Source: an uncultured Candidatus Rokubacteria bacterium (GTDB lineage Bacteria; Methylomirabilota; Methylomirabilia; Rokubacteriales; CSP1-6). From it: a stretch of DNA of 64,000 nucleotides. Under the pieces are notes generated by a model. The model saw only the letters and a program-made list of their open reading frames with translations. It did not search any database and was not told where the DNA came from. Shown here one piece after another: positions 18,903 to 27,938 of the stretch (position 1 is its first letter; each line of letters starts with the position of its first letter). A program made the position numbers and the translations under genes. Location of the stretch: positions 320,001-384,000 of the forward strand of contig CAVWFS010000018.1 in the NCBI GenBank assembly GCA_963754315.1, in the 5' to 3' direction.

Positions 18903-20254
18903 TGCCGCGCCGTCACCTGGTCATCGGCGGCGGCACTGCGGGCGTGAACGCCATGCGCACGATCCGTACGGAGGAATCCGAGCCGTCGGACATGACGCTC
19001 GTGAGCGCGGAGAAGCCCTATTCGCGGATGGTATTGCCCTACTATCTGGATCGATCCATTGCCGAATCGCACGTCTACACAGCGACCGCTAAGGTGCTGG
19101 CCGGCTGGGGGGTGAAGACGCACCTCGGTCGGCGGGCAGCCGCCCTCGACACCAGGGCCAGCGTGTGCACCCTGGACGACGGCACGACCATCGAGTACGA
19201 CGATTGTCTGATCGCCACCGGCTCGTCCCCGGTGCGCGCTCCCGTCCCGGGCGCCGATGGCCGCGGGGTCCACTCCTTCTGGACGCTCGATCAGGCGAAG
19301 AGTGTGCTGGCCGAGATCGCGCCAGGTAGTCATGTGGTGATGGTAGGGGCGGGCTTCATCGCCTTCACCATTCTGAATTCCATCCTGGCCCTGGGGGCCA
19401 AGCTGACCATCGTGGAGATCGCTCCTCGCATCCTGCCCCGCATGGTGGACGAAACCGGGGCGAGATTGGTGGCGGATTGGTTGATCCGCAATGGAGTCAG
19501 CATTCGCACGGGGGCCCAGCTGGTCAGCATCGATGAGGTGGGGGCAGGGAACCGCCGGGCGGACGTTCGAGGCCGCAAGCGCCTGCGCTTTGCGAATGGA
19601 GCGGACCTCGTGGCCGACGTCGTCATCATGGCCACCGGTATCCGGACGAACCTCGAGTGGCTCAAGGATTCCGGTGTCGTCATCGAACGAGGGATCCGGG
19701 TCGATGCGCATCTGCGATCGAGCGTACCGACCGTGTACGCGGCGGGCGATGTGGCTGAGGGACGTGACCTCGTCACGGGCGCTCCCGCCGTGCACGCCAT
19801 CGAGCCGACGGCGCAGGAGCACGGGCGGGTGGCGGGCGCCAACATGGCGGGCAAGAGCGTGACCTACAAGGGTAGCCTGCTGATGAACATCGTCGAGGTC
19901 TGCCACCTGGACGTGGCCTCATTCGGGGCGTGGGACGAGACACAGGCGGAAGTGATGACCGGGTTACAACCGGAACGGCCTGCCTACCGCAAGTTTCTCT
20001 GGCGTGGAGACCGCCTGATTGGCGCCATCATCCTCGGACCCTCCAACCAGATCTGGACCACCAACGACATCGGGATGCTGAAGGGGCTGGTGCAATCGGG
20101 GGCACCGGCCGGGCGCTTCAAGGAGCGCCTCGGCCGCAACCCGTTCGACATCAAGCCTGTCTACATCGCGTCCGGGACCACGACCATGCTGCTCCCTGAA
20201 ACCGTGCTCGGGCGCCCGGCCATCGCGCCCGATGACACCCCGGTGGCCGTATGA
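18902..20254 (+). CDS. NAD(P)/FAD-dependent oxidoreductase (AorC/NirB N-terminal-like)
   Basis: IGGGTAG, IATGS, VGAGFIA, YAAGDVAE. ATG overlaps the upstream stop. Confidence 0.88.
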   Translation: MPRRHLVIGGGTAGVNAMRTIRTEESEPSDMTLVSAEKPYSRMVLPYYLDRSIAESHVYTATAKVLAGWGVKTHLGRRAAALDTRASVCTLDDGTTIEYDDCLIATGSSPVRAPVPGADGRGVHSFWTLDQAKSVLAEIAPGSHVVMVGAGFIAFTILNSILALGAKLTIVEIAPRILPRMVDETGARLVADWLIRNGVSIRTGAQLVSIDEVGAGNRRADVRGRKRLRFANGADLVADVVIMATGIRTNLEWLKDSGVVIERGIRVDAHLRSSVPTVYAAGDVAEGRDLVTGAPAVHAIEPTAQEHGRVAGANMAGKSVTYKGSLLMNIVEVCHLDVASFGAWDETQAEVMTGLQPERPAYRKFLWRGDRLIGAIILGPSNQIWTTNDIGMLKGLVQSGAPAGRFKERLGRNPFDIKPVYIASGTTTMLLPETVLGRPAIAPDDTPVAV

Positions 20255-22213
20255 GCCCAACAGCCGTTGCGCGAGCAAGAGGGAGGAACCACGAAGCCCT
20301 CGAGTCGCAAGAGACCGGAGTTGGCCCGCACGCTTCCCGGCGCCTTTGCGGGAAAGCTTCTGCGGGTTGACCTCACGGCCGAGCGCTGTTGGGCGGTGCC
20401 GTGGGGCCCTGACGAGATGCGCACCCAGCTCGGGGGCGTCGGACTCGGTGCGATGATCCTCTATCGGGAGACGGCTACGAAGGGTGGCCGGGGCAACGTG
20501 AGCTGGGACCATCCCGACAACCGGCTCGTCCTCGCCACTGGCCCGCTGGCGGGACTGCCAGTATGGGGTACGGGGGGCCTCACCGTGGTGACGATCGGGG
20601 CGGGGACGAATGGGCCCACCTCCACGCAGGCCAACGGCTTCTTCGGGACGAATCTGAAGTACTGCGGTTATGACGCCATCATCTTCCAGGGCGAGGCCAA
20701 GCGCTGGGTGTATCTCTACATCGACGACGACGTGGTGGAATTGCGCGACGCCGCGGACCTGAAGGGCCTCGATACCTGGGACACGCAGAACGCCCTCAGC
20801 CAGAAGCTGGGCCTCTCCGGTCATGCCCTCTCCGTGTACTCCATCGGCCCCGCCGGCGAGAACCTCGTGCGCTTCGCCGCCATCCAGGGAGACTACGGCC
20901 ACGTCGCCTCCAAGAACGGGGTGGGCGCGGTCATGGGCAAGAAGCGCGTCAAGGCGGTGGCCATCGTCAAGGGCACCAAGGGATTGCGTGCGGCCGACCC
21001 GCGCGGAGTCATGCAGGCGGCGGACGACATCGCCCACGATCTCAGGACGGACCCGTCCGCGCGTTCACTCTACGAGTACGGAACGTTGCCAGGCGTGGTG
21101 AACCTGTCCAAAATGGGCGCCCTGCCCGTCAAGAACTACACGACCAACCTCACCCTGGGCGTCGACATGACCCCCTGGGAGGCGCCGAACCTGCGCGAGG
21201 GATTCGATCACCGTGGCCACCAGTGCAACGCGTGCGGCATGCATCACTGTCACATGTCGGTGATCCGGAGCGGTGAGAACAAAGGCAAGATCGTCGATGA
21301 GCCCGAGTACGAGGGCTGGTCGGGGGCCGGCTGGACGATCGGCCTCACCGACCCCCAGGCGGTGGCCTGGCTGAACACCGAGCTCGACCGGGCGTGCCTT
21401 GACGTCAACGAGTTCGGCTGGATGTGTGGCTGGGTGATGGAGTGCTACGAGAAGGGCTACATCACCAAGGAGCAGCTTGGCTTCGAGCTGCCCTGGGGAG
21501 ATGTCAAAGGGGCGGCCCGCCTCATCCGGATAATCTCGACGCGCGAGGGCTTCGGTAACGTCCTCGCCGAGGGAGTCAAGCGCGCTGCCGAAAAGCTCGG
21601 GAGCCCCGCCAAAGAGTGTGCGGTCTACATCGAGAAGGGTGCGGTACCGCGCGGTCACGATCACCGGGCCCGCTGGGAGGAGATGCTCGACACCTGCACG
21701 TCCGGTACCGCTACTATGGAGACCGGGAACCCGGTGCATCCCACCGAGCTGGGGCAGCCTGCCCGCATCAACCCGTTCGACGGCGTCCAGGTAGCGAAGT
21801 ACGTGGCGAACCTGCGAGGGCGGCGCAATTTCGAGGATTCCCTCGGCGTGTGCATCTTCACCATCCGTACGCGTCTGGAGAACGTCTGCCGGGCCCTCAG
21901 TGCCGCCACCGGCTGGACGTATTCGATCGACGAAGCCATGCGCTTCGGGCGTCGCACGGCGGCCATCAATCGTGCGGTGTCGCTCCGCTGCGGTCACACG
22001 GGCGCCCTGGAGTATCCCTCGGCACGCTACGGGTCAACCCCTGTCGACGGCCCTGCCAAGGGCCAGGCCATTCGTGATCAGTGGGAGACGATGCTCGACA
22101 CCTGGTATGCAGAGGTCGGCTACGACCGTAAGACCGGCAAGCCTCTGCCACAGACGTTGAGGGATCTCGGGCTCGACGACCTGGCCACCGCGCTCTGGAG
22201 CAAGAAGAGCTAA
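20251..22213 (+). CDS. aor: Aldehyde:ferredoxin oxidoreductase family tungstoenzyme (probable +1 frameshift near 20280)
   Basis: GKLLRVDLT, GYDAIIFQG, SIGPAGENLVRFAAI, GAVMGKK, CNACGMHHC, EPEYE, DSLGVC. ATG 20251 overlaps the upstream TGA but is one base out of frame. Confidence 0.9.
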
Positions 22214-22331
22214 CTAGGTCAGCCCCTACTCGGTCTCTCTTACCGCCAACACCTTTACGGCGTCACTTGACCCCCGGCCCGGGGATGTGATAAGTCTCTG
22301 CCGCGTTCACGTCTAGACACCCGGGGGGAGT

Positions 22332-23216
22332 ATGCCGGAAACCATTGGATTCATTGGGCTCGGTATCATGGGGCGCCCAATGGCGAAGAATCTCTGCAAG
22401 GCCGGGTTCCCGCTCATCGTGCACAATCGCAGTCGTGCGGCCGTCGAAGACCTCGTGCAGAGTGGGGCGAAGGCCGCCCCCTCGCCACGGGAAGTGGCCG
22501 CGCAGTCGGACGTCCTCATCACCGTGCTGCCCAACTCGCCCGATGTCGAGGCGGTCGCCCTCGGGAAGGACGGCGTCATTGAGGGTGCACGGCCTGGCCT
22601 CGTCTACATCGACATGTCCACCATCTCACCGATCGTTTCCCAGAAGGTCGGTCAGGCCTTGGCCCAACGTGGCGTCCGGATGCTCGACGCCCCGGTATCG
22701 GGTGGCGAGAAAGGTGCCATCGACGGGGCGTTGTCGATCATGGTCGGGGGCGAGGCGAGCGTCTTCGAGGATGTCCGGCCCATCTTTCAGGCCATGGGCA
22801 AGACCATCACCCTGCTTGGCCCTCTGGGCTTTGGAGGGTTCACGAAGCTCGCGAATCAGATCATCGTTGCCCTCAACCTCACCGCCCTGGGTGAGGCACT
22901 CACCCTGGCCCGCAAGGCCGGTCTTGACCGCGAGCTCACCCTCAAGGCACTGGCGGGCGGGCTCGCCGGCTCGCGATGCCTGGACCAAAAGACACCCAAC
23001 TACGTTTCGGGGACTTACAACCCAGGCTTCAAGATCGACCTGCACTTCAAGGATCTTGGACTCATCATGGAGTCTGCGCGCGCCCTCGGTGTCCCACTTC
23101 CGACTACCGCCGTCGTCCAGGAACTGTTCAGCGCCCTCCGGGTCAAGGGGCGGGGAGGGCTCGACCACTCTGGGGTGATCACCTTGCTTGAAGAGCTCGC
23201 GGGCATCTCTGCGTGA
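22332..23216 (+). CDS. garR: 2-hydroxy-3-oxopropionate (tartronate semialdehyde) reductase
   Basis: GFIGLGIMGRPMAKNL, DAPVSGGEKGA, KLANQIIVA, PGFKIDLHFKDL, LDHSG. Confidence 0.85.
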   Translation: MPETIGFIGLGIMGRPMAKNLCKAGFPLIVHNRSRAAVEDLVQSGAKAAPSPREVAAQSDVLITVLPNSPDVEAVALGKDGVIEGARPGLVYIDMSTISPIVSQKVGQALAQRGVRMLDAPVSGGEKGAIDGALSIMVGGEASVFEDVRPIFQAMGKTITLLGPLGFGGFTKLANQIIVALNLTALGEALTLARKAGLDRELTLKALAGGLAGSRCLDQKTPNYVSGTYNPGFKIDLHFKDLGLIMESARALGVPLPTTAVVQELFSALRVKGRGGLDHSGVITLLEELAGISA

Positions 23217-24247
23217 GGGCGACGGTCGACAGGGCCGGCCTCGATTCGCACGGACGTTCCTCGAAGGTGCAGATCCGCAGGATCCGCAAGGGCGATCTCT
23301 CGCGCGCGCGCGATGTTCTCGAACAAAGCTTTGCCGATCTTTTCGAGCGACAGCTCGGCACCCGTCCCCGTCAGGCGTTCGGAGGCGCGCAGTACGTGCA
23401 TCACCGCTGGCTCATGGAGCCCTGGGGATGCTTCGTGGCCGAAGAAGACGGAGGACGAATCCTCGGGGTCGCTCTCGCCGTCACCTGGGGCAGCCTTGGG
23501 CTGGTGGGACCGGTGGCCGTCCTCACCAACCATCAGAACCAGGGCATCGGTCAGCAACTCATCGGTGCCGTGGAAGGCTTCTTCGACGAGAACAAGGCCA
23601 CCCTGCAAGGGTTGGTGACGTATCCGACAAGCGCCAAACATCTGATCCTCGTCCACAAGTTCGGCTACAAGCCGAAGTGCCTGACGGCCATCATGAGTCG
23701 CGCCGTTGATCGCGGGCCCGTGCGTCCGGCGTCGCCAGCCAAGCCGGTTCGCCCCGCACTGACCGTCCGGAAGTTCTCCACCCTCGAAGAAGCGCGGAAG
23801 AAGACCGCGCTCATTCGCGTGAATCGCATCGTCGGCAGCATCTGCCGGGGGATGGATCTGTCCAAGGAGGTCGAGATCGTCGACGGTCTGGCCCTCGGGG
23901 ACACCATGTTGCTGGAGCGCGAGCGGGAGATCATCGGGGTGGCCGTCTACCATGCCCCGGGCGTGAGCGAGGCCCCGGCCGGCGCGCTCTACGTCAAGTT
24001 CTTAGCCATCGACCCGCAGGCGCGCCGGTCGGATGTGCTCGAGCACTTTGTGGCGGCGCTCGAGGAAACCGCCCAGGAACTGGGCCTGACGCGGGTGATC
24101 CTCCCTGTCTATCTCCGCTACTGGCTTGCTTATAGTACGCTGATCCGGTGCGGCTATCAGATCGACTCCACCATGGTACGGATGCAAAAGGGCAAGGGGG
24201 AAGACTACGAGGACGAGCAACATCTCGTCCTCGACGACTGGCGCTGA
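23213..24247 (+). CDS. GNAT family N-acetyltransferase (two-domain)
   Basis: Acetyl-CoA motif VAVLTNHQNQGIGQQL, followed by a second GNAT-like half. GTGA overlap with garR. Confidence 0.75.
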   Translation: MRATVDRAGLDSHGRSSKVQIRRIRKGDLSRARDVLEQSFADLFERQLGTRPRQAFGGAQYVHHRWLMEPWGCFVAEEDGGRILGVALAVTWGSLGLVGPVAVLTNHQNQGIGQQLIGAVEGFFDENKATLQGLVTYPTSAKHLILVHKFGYKPKCLTAIMSRAVDRGPVRPASPAKPVRPALTVRKFSTLEEARKKTALIRVNRIVGSICRGMDLSKEVEIVDGLALGDTMLLEREREIIGVAVYHAPGVSEAPAGALYVKFLAIDPQARRSDVLEHFVAALEETAQELGLTRVILPVYLRYWLAYSTLIRCGYQIDSTMVRMQKGKGEDYEDEQHLVLDDWR

Positions 24248-24672
24248 TCGCCGGGGCCCTCGGCGCGTTCCTCTCCTTCTCGGCAGTCCTGGTGCCGGGC
24301 GGACCTGGGCTGGCCCACTCTCTCCTGATCGAATCCTCTCCTGGCGCCAACAGCACGGTGGGGACCTCCCCCGGGGAAATGGTTCTCCGCTTCAACAATC
24401 GCATCGAGAAGAAGCTCTCCAGGATTCGGCTGGTGGGGGCGGCCGGCGAGACGCTGGACCTTGCCGTGGCAGTGACGGGGCGCGCCGACACTCTCAAGGC
24501 GGGTGTACCGGTTCTGAGCCCGGGCCCCTGGCGCGTGGAGTGGCAGGTTCTATCGACGGACGGCCATGTCGTCAGCGGCGTCTTCTCGTTCCGGCTGGCC
24601 CCGGAGGCGGCCGCGGACCGGGAAGCCGGTGCCGCGATTCCTTCTGGACGTAGCACCGCGCAGCCGCGATAA
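24244..24672 (+). CDS. copC: CopC-like periplasmic copper-binding protein (start uncertain)
   Basis: Hydrophobic signal followed by A-HSLLIESSP (mature His1) and WQVLSTDGHV. The only nearby start is CTG 24244; the alternative is GTG 24148. Confidence 0.8.
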   Translation: MIAGALGAFLSFSAVLVPGGPGLAHSLLIESSPGANSTVGTSPGEMVLRFNNRIEKKLSRIRLVGAAGETLDLAVAVTGRADTLKAGVPVLSPGPWRVEWQVLSTDGHVVSGVFSFRLAPEAAADREAGAAIPSGRSTAQPR

Positions 24673-24796
24673 TCGCAAGCCTGGACGCACACACCACCCC
24701 CCGCACGGAGGTGTGGTTGATCACTCCCCCCGGTGAATGGGACGGGGTCCCCGGGGCCCCAACCACTGCATCCCTCACGTGGGCACTCGTCCAAGC
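24645..24796 (+). promoter_or_regulatory. Promoter plus candidate structured 5' leader RNA upstream of mce
   Basis: TGGACG-17-GATAAT (24645-24673). TGGACG 24682-24687 pairs with CGTCCA 24788-24793 and encloses several hairpins. Confidence 0.4.
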
Positions 24797-24828
24797 GCCG
24801 CGTTTATCCGCGAAGGAGGACCCTCACT

Positions 24829-25584
24829 GTGGTACGACGCATTCATCATGTCGGGATTGTGGTGCGACGGCTGACCGACGCCTATCGTTTCTATCGCGAT
24901 ACCCTCGGTCTGCCGGTCCTTCGGCAGGCTGACCTCCCTGATCAAGGGGTACGGGCGGCCTTGCTTGCGGCCGGTGACAGCGAGATCGAGTTGCTGGAAC
25001 CCACCGATCCAAGTAATGGGGTGAGCCGCTATCTCGCCACGAGAGGCGAAGGGCTCCACCATGTCTGCTTCGACGTGGCCGATGTTGCCGCGGCCCTGCG
25101 TGACCTCGCAGCCCGCAAGGTGGCCCTGCTCGACACCACTCCGCGCCCAGGCCTGGCCGGTCAAATCGGCTTTCTGCACCCCAAGGCATGCGCGGGCGTC
25201 CTGGTGGAGCTGGCCACCCCGTTCGACCCCGGGAGCGAAACAAAGAGAGCCCCCTTGCGGCTCAAGCGGTTGGTCATCGGTGGGCGTGAGCCCAAGCAGA
25301 CGGCTCAGGTGTTGCAGGGACTCTTCGGCTTTCCTGAAATCATCATGAACGGTGGGTCTCGCACGATGCTGAGCGTCGGGAGAGGCGCCTTGCTTATCGT
25401 ACCGGCCGACGAGGTGGGAGGGACCGAAGGAATGGTGGCGCTCTCGCTCGTCGCGAACGACTTTCCCGGGCTCACTGCGGCCTTCGACCGTGCCAGGGCG
25501 CGCTGTATCCGCGGCACCGGCGAGATCACTGTGGAGCCGGCGTCCAGCCATGGCGTCCACTTGCATATCTCCCGCTACGAGTAG
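24829..25584 (+). CDS. mce: Methylmalonyl-CoA epimerase (VOC family) with extra C-terminal domain
   Basis: IHHVGIVV, IELLEP, GEGLHHVCF, FLHPK...GVLVEL. GTG start follows AGGAGGA. Confidence 0.8.
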   Translation: MVRRIHHVGIVVRRLTDAYRFYRDTLGLPVLRQADLPDQGVRAALLAAGDSEIELLEPTDPSNGVSRYLATRGEGLHHVCFDVADVAAALRDLAARKVALLDTTPRPGLAGQIGFLHPKACAGVLVELATPFDPGSETKRAPLRLKRLVIGGREPKQTAQVLQGLFGFPEIIMNGGSRTMLSVGRGALLIVPADEVGGTEGMVALSLVANDFPGLTAAFDRARARCIRGTGEITVEPASSHGVHLHISRYE

Positions 25585-25661
25585 GGGCGGCTGCGGGCGT
25601 CCCCGATCGTGGTATAGAGATCGAACACCCCGGCCCAACGCGAGGAGATTACCTGATAACG

Positions 25662-27389
25662 CTAGAACGCTTCGGGAGCAGCCGCGATGCGGTCGAGATC
25701 GGCGCGGGTGTATGAGCCGAGACTGCGGAAGTCGAGTTCAGTGTAGTTCTTGATCCAGCGCAACGCGATCCGGGCCGCCTTGCGGTAACGATCCTCTGCC
25801 TCCGCGAAAGCCGCCCGCCCACGATCATCCTTCACGCCGTCCCGCAGCAGACGCAGGATGTCATCCGTCTCCTCCCGCAGGAGTTGCTTCACGAGTGCGA
25901 AGTCGTGGACCGCCGCGGGTCCCGCCGTCGTGCCGGCTCGGTGCCGGATGCGCTGGGCGATCTGCGCGACCGACATCCGCCCGGTGGCGAGGTCCTCCAT
26001 CAGGGCGGGGTGGATTCCCGGTTTGCCGGCCAGGCTGTCGATCCCCTTGGCGCCACGGCCGTTCAACCAGCCTTCCAGATACTCCACGACCATCCTGACG
26101 TTGCGGCGGGTACCTTCCAGGCTGATTGGTCCTTCCGGGACCTTGATCTCGACCGGGTAGTGGTCCGGATCGGCCATCGCGGGGGTCGGTTTCCACCCGG
26201 CGTCGTGCACCCGCTTGAATGGCTCGGCTGCCGTCTTCATGTGGAAGATGTGGGCGACCCAGGCCCGGATGAATCCCTGCTCGGCTTCCCATTCCTTGTC
26301 CTTGCGGATGGCGTCTGCCGCCGCTCGATTGACCTCGGGATCGGGGTTGGGCAGGGCGGTGGCCATGCCTCCGATGGGCACCGCGCCGCGTTTTAGGCAA
26401 ATGGCGACCAGGCGGCGGAAGATGTTGGCAAGAAACGGGGTGGTCTTGATATCCACCCCGAAACGGTCCGGCCACACCGCCTTCGGGTCGTTCATGACGA
26501 ATTCGAAGATGCTGGCCTTGAGATCCCAGCGGGCGGCGTTGAGGCCGGCCGCGTAGGGGCCAAGCTCATACAGCATCTCCTCCATCTGATAGACGGCAGG
26601 CAGCGACTCTACCAGGTGAATGCCGCGGATGGTGGCCCCTCGGAGATAGGGAAGGGCCTCGCGGCTCGCGTCGAAGAGGTCCCGGTACCAGCGTGCTTCC
26701 GCCGCCGATTCCAGTTTGGGCAGGTAGAAGTAGATTCCCTGGCCGCGGTCGGCCTGGGCCCGGCCGGCATAGAACAGCGTAAGGGCGGTACCCAGGAGGG
26801 CGGCCGGCACGGGTTGGCCGTCGATGGTCACGTCAGGCTCGTCGAGGTGAAGGCCGCGCTCCCGATGCATGAAGAAGGGAATCTCTCCCTCGGCGATACG
26901 ATACTCGCGGTTGCGCTCACGATCACTATAGGTTAGCTCTCGGTTCACCGCGGCCAACCGATAGTGAGCGGCCCGCACGGTGTCGATCAGGCGATGCCCC
27001 CCCGAATCCTCGTCGTCGTCGAGATCGCCCTCGGCCCGCTCCCCTTCAGGACCGGGATTCAGCGCGTTGATGAACATGTTTGGGATCGAGCACGGACCCG
27101 AGATCTCGATGCCGGGCAGTCGCAACTGATCGGGCACGGGCGGCACCTTCCAGTCGCCCGTGTTGATCGCGCTCGGCGGGGGATGGCCAGGCAGGGCATG
27201 CTCGTGCAGCGCGCGTCGCAGCGCTTCCGTGCGCTGCTGCCGCAGTGCGTGCACGCGCGGGGTCAAACGGTCATGGAGGCCGACGAGGTAATCGAGAAAC
27301 GCGGGTGAGAAGAGCCGAGCCGCACCCTCCACAGAAGCGAAGCGCGCGCGGGCAGCGGCCGAGGGCGACGAGCCGGTAGTTGGGGACAC
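25662..27389 (-). CDS. Malate synthase (divergent A-type)
   Basis: IYFYLPKLES, GLNAARWD, IGGMA, AWVAH, LMEDLAT. GTG 27389 is 9 nt from AAGGAGG. Confidence 0.82.
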   Translation of the reverse strand: MSPTTGSSPSAAARARFASVEGAARLFSPAFLDYLVGLHDRLTPRVHALRQQRTEALRRALHEHALPGHPPPSAINTGDWKVPPVPDQLRLPGIEISGPCSIPNMFINALNPGPEGERAEGDLDDDEDSGGHRLIDTVRAAHYRLAAVNRELTYSDRERNREYRIAEGEIPFFMHRERGLHLDEPDVTIDGQPVPAALLGTALTLFYAGRAQADRGQGIYFYLPKLESAAEARWYRDLFDASREALPYLRGATIRGIHLVESLPAVYQMEEMLYELGPYAAGLNAARWDLKASIFEFVMNDPKAVWPDRFGVDIKTTPFLANIFRRLVAICLKRGAVPIGGMATALPNPDPEVNRAAADAIRKDKEWEAEQGFIRAWVAHIFHMKTAAEPFKRVHDAGWKPTPAMADPDHYPVEIKVPEGPISLEGTRRNVRMVVEYLEGWLNGRGAKGIDSLAGKPGIHPALMEDLATGRMSVAQIAQRIRHRAGTTAGPAAVHDFALVKQLLREETDDILRLLRDGVKDDRGRAAFAEAEDRYRKAARIALRWIKNYTELDFRSLGSYTRADLDRIAAAPEAF

Positions 27390-27475
27390 CAGAATCATCC
27401 TCCTTGGCTGATTACGCTGTCTTTTCGCATGGCGATGCAAAGGCTGTCAATGGCAGAATGCGGCTCACGCACGGC

Positions 27476-27931
27476 ATGGGTGCCCGACGACGCGGAGGTA
27501 GAGCCGCAGGCGGTGCGTACCGTCGCTATCGCGGACTCGGACGAGGACGAGCGTCCCGACGCGTCCTGGCGACGGGAGGAACCCCTCTCGCGCGTCGCCT
27601 CAACGACACGCTGGCCGGATGGGCCCAGGTTCGAATCACGCCGTCGTTCGGACGCTGGGGGTACTTCGTCGGCAACCTGCTCTTTGCGTGTTTTCCGCTG
27701 GCTCCCCGCCAGGACGACCTCTGGGTCCGGTTGCCGCTGCCCGAGCAGGCGCGGGCGGTCGCGGAGGGGGGAGTGCGACCGCATCGGCGTTTCGGGCGTC
27801 GCGGCTGGATCGAGATCGACGTCAAGGATGGGGGTGACATCGCGCGTGCGCTGCGCTGGTTACGGCGCGCTCACGCGGCAGCCCAGGAGCGCGTGTCCGG
27901 CGAGCCCGGCCGAGAGGACGACTTCGCCTGA
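27476..27931 (+). CDS. Hypothetical protein (YjbR/TfoX-N/DUF5519-like small domain)
   Basis: FGRWGYFVG..LFA, LWVRL, HRRFGRRGWIEI pattern. Extended -10 TGGCAGAAT upstream. Confidence 0.55.
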   Translation: MGARRRGGRAAGGAYRRYRGLGRGRASRRVLATGGTPLARRLNDTLAGWAQVRITPSFGRWGYFVGNLLFACFPLAPRQDDLWVRLPLPEQARAVAEGGVRPHRRFGRRGWIEIDVKDGGDIARALRWLRRAHAAAQERVSGEPGREDDFA

Positions 27932-27938
27932 GGATGCC

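Noticed and set aside
24700..24790. Cobalamin riboswitch upstream of mce
   Set aside because: CCGGTGAA and CCACTG are present, but the GGGAA and B12-box elements are not. Kept only as an unclassified leader candidate.
25610..25665. Promoter-like TGGTATAGA plus GAGGAG pointing antisense into malate synthase
   Set aside because: The -10 lacks the conserved final T and no ORF follows the RBS-like sequence, so support is insufficient.
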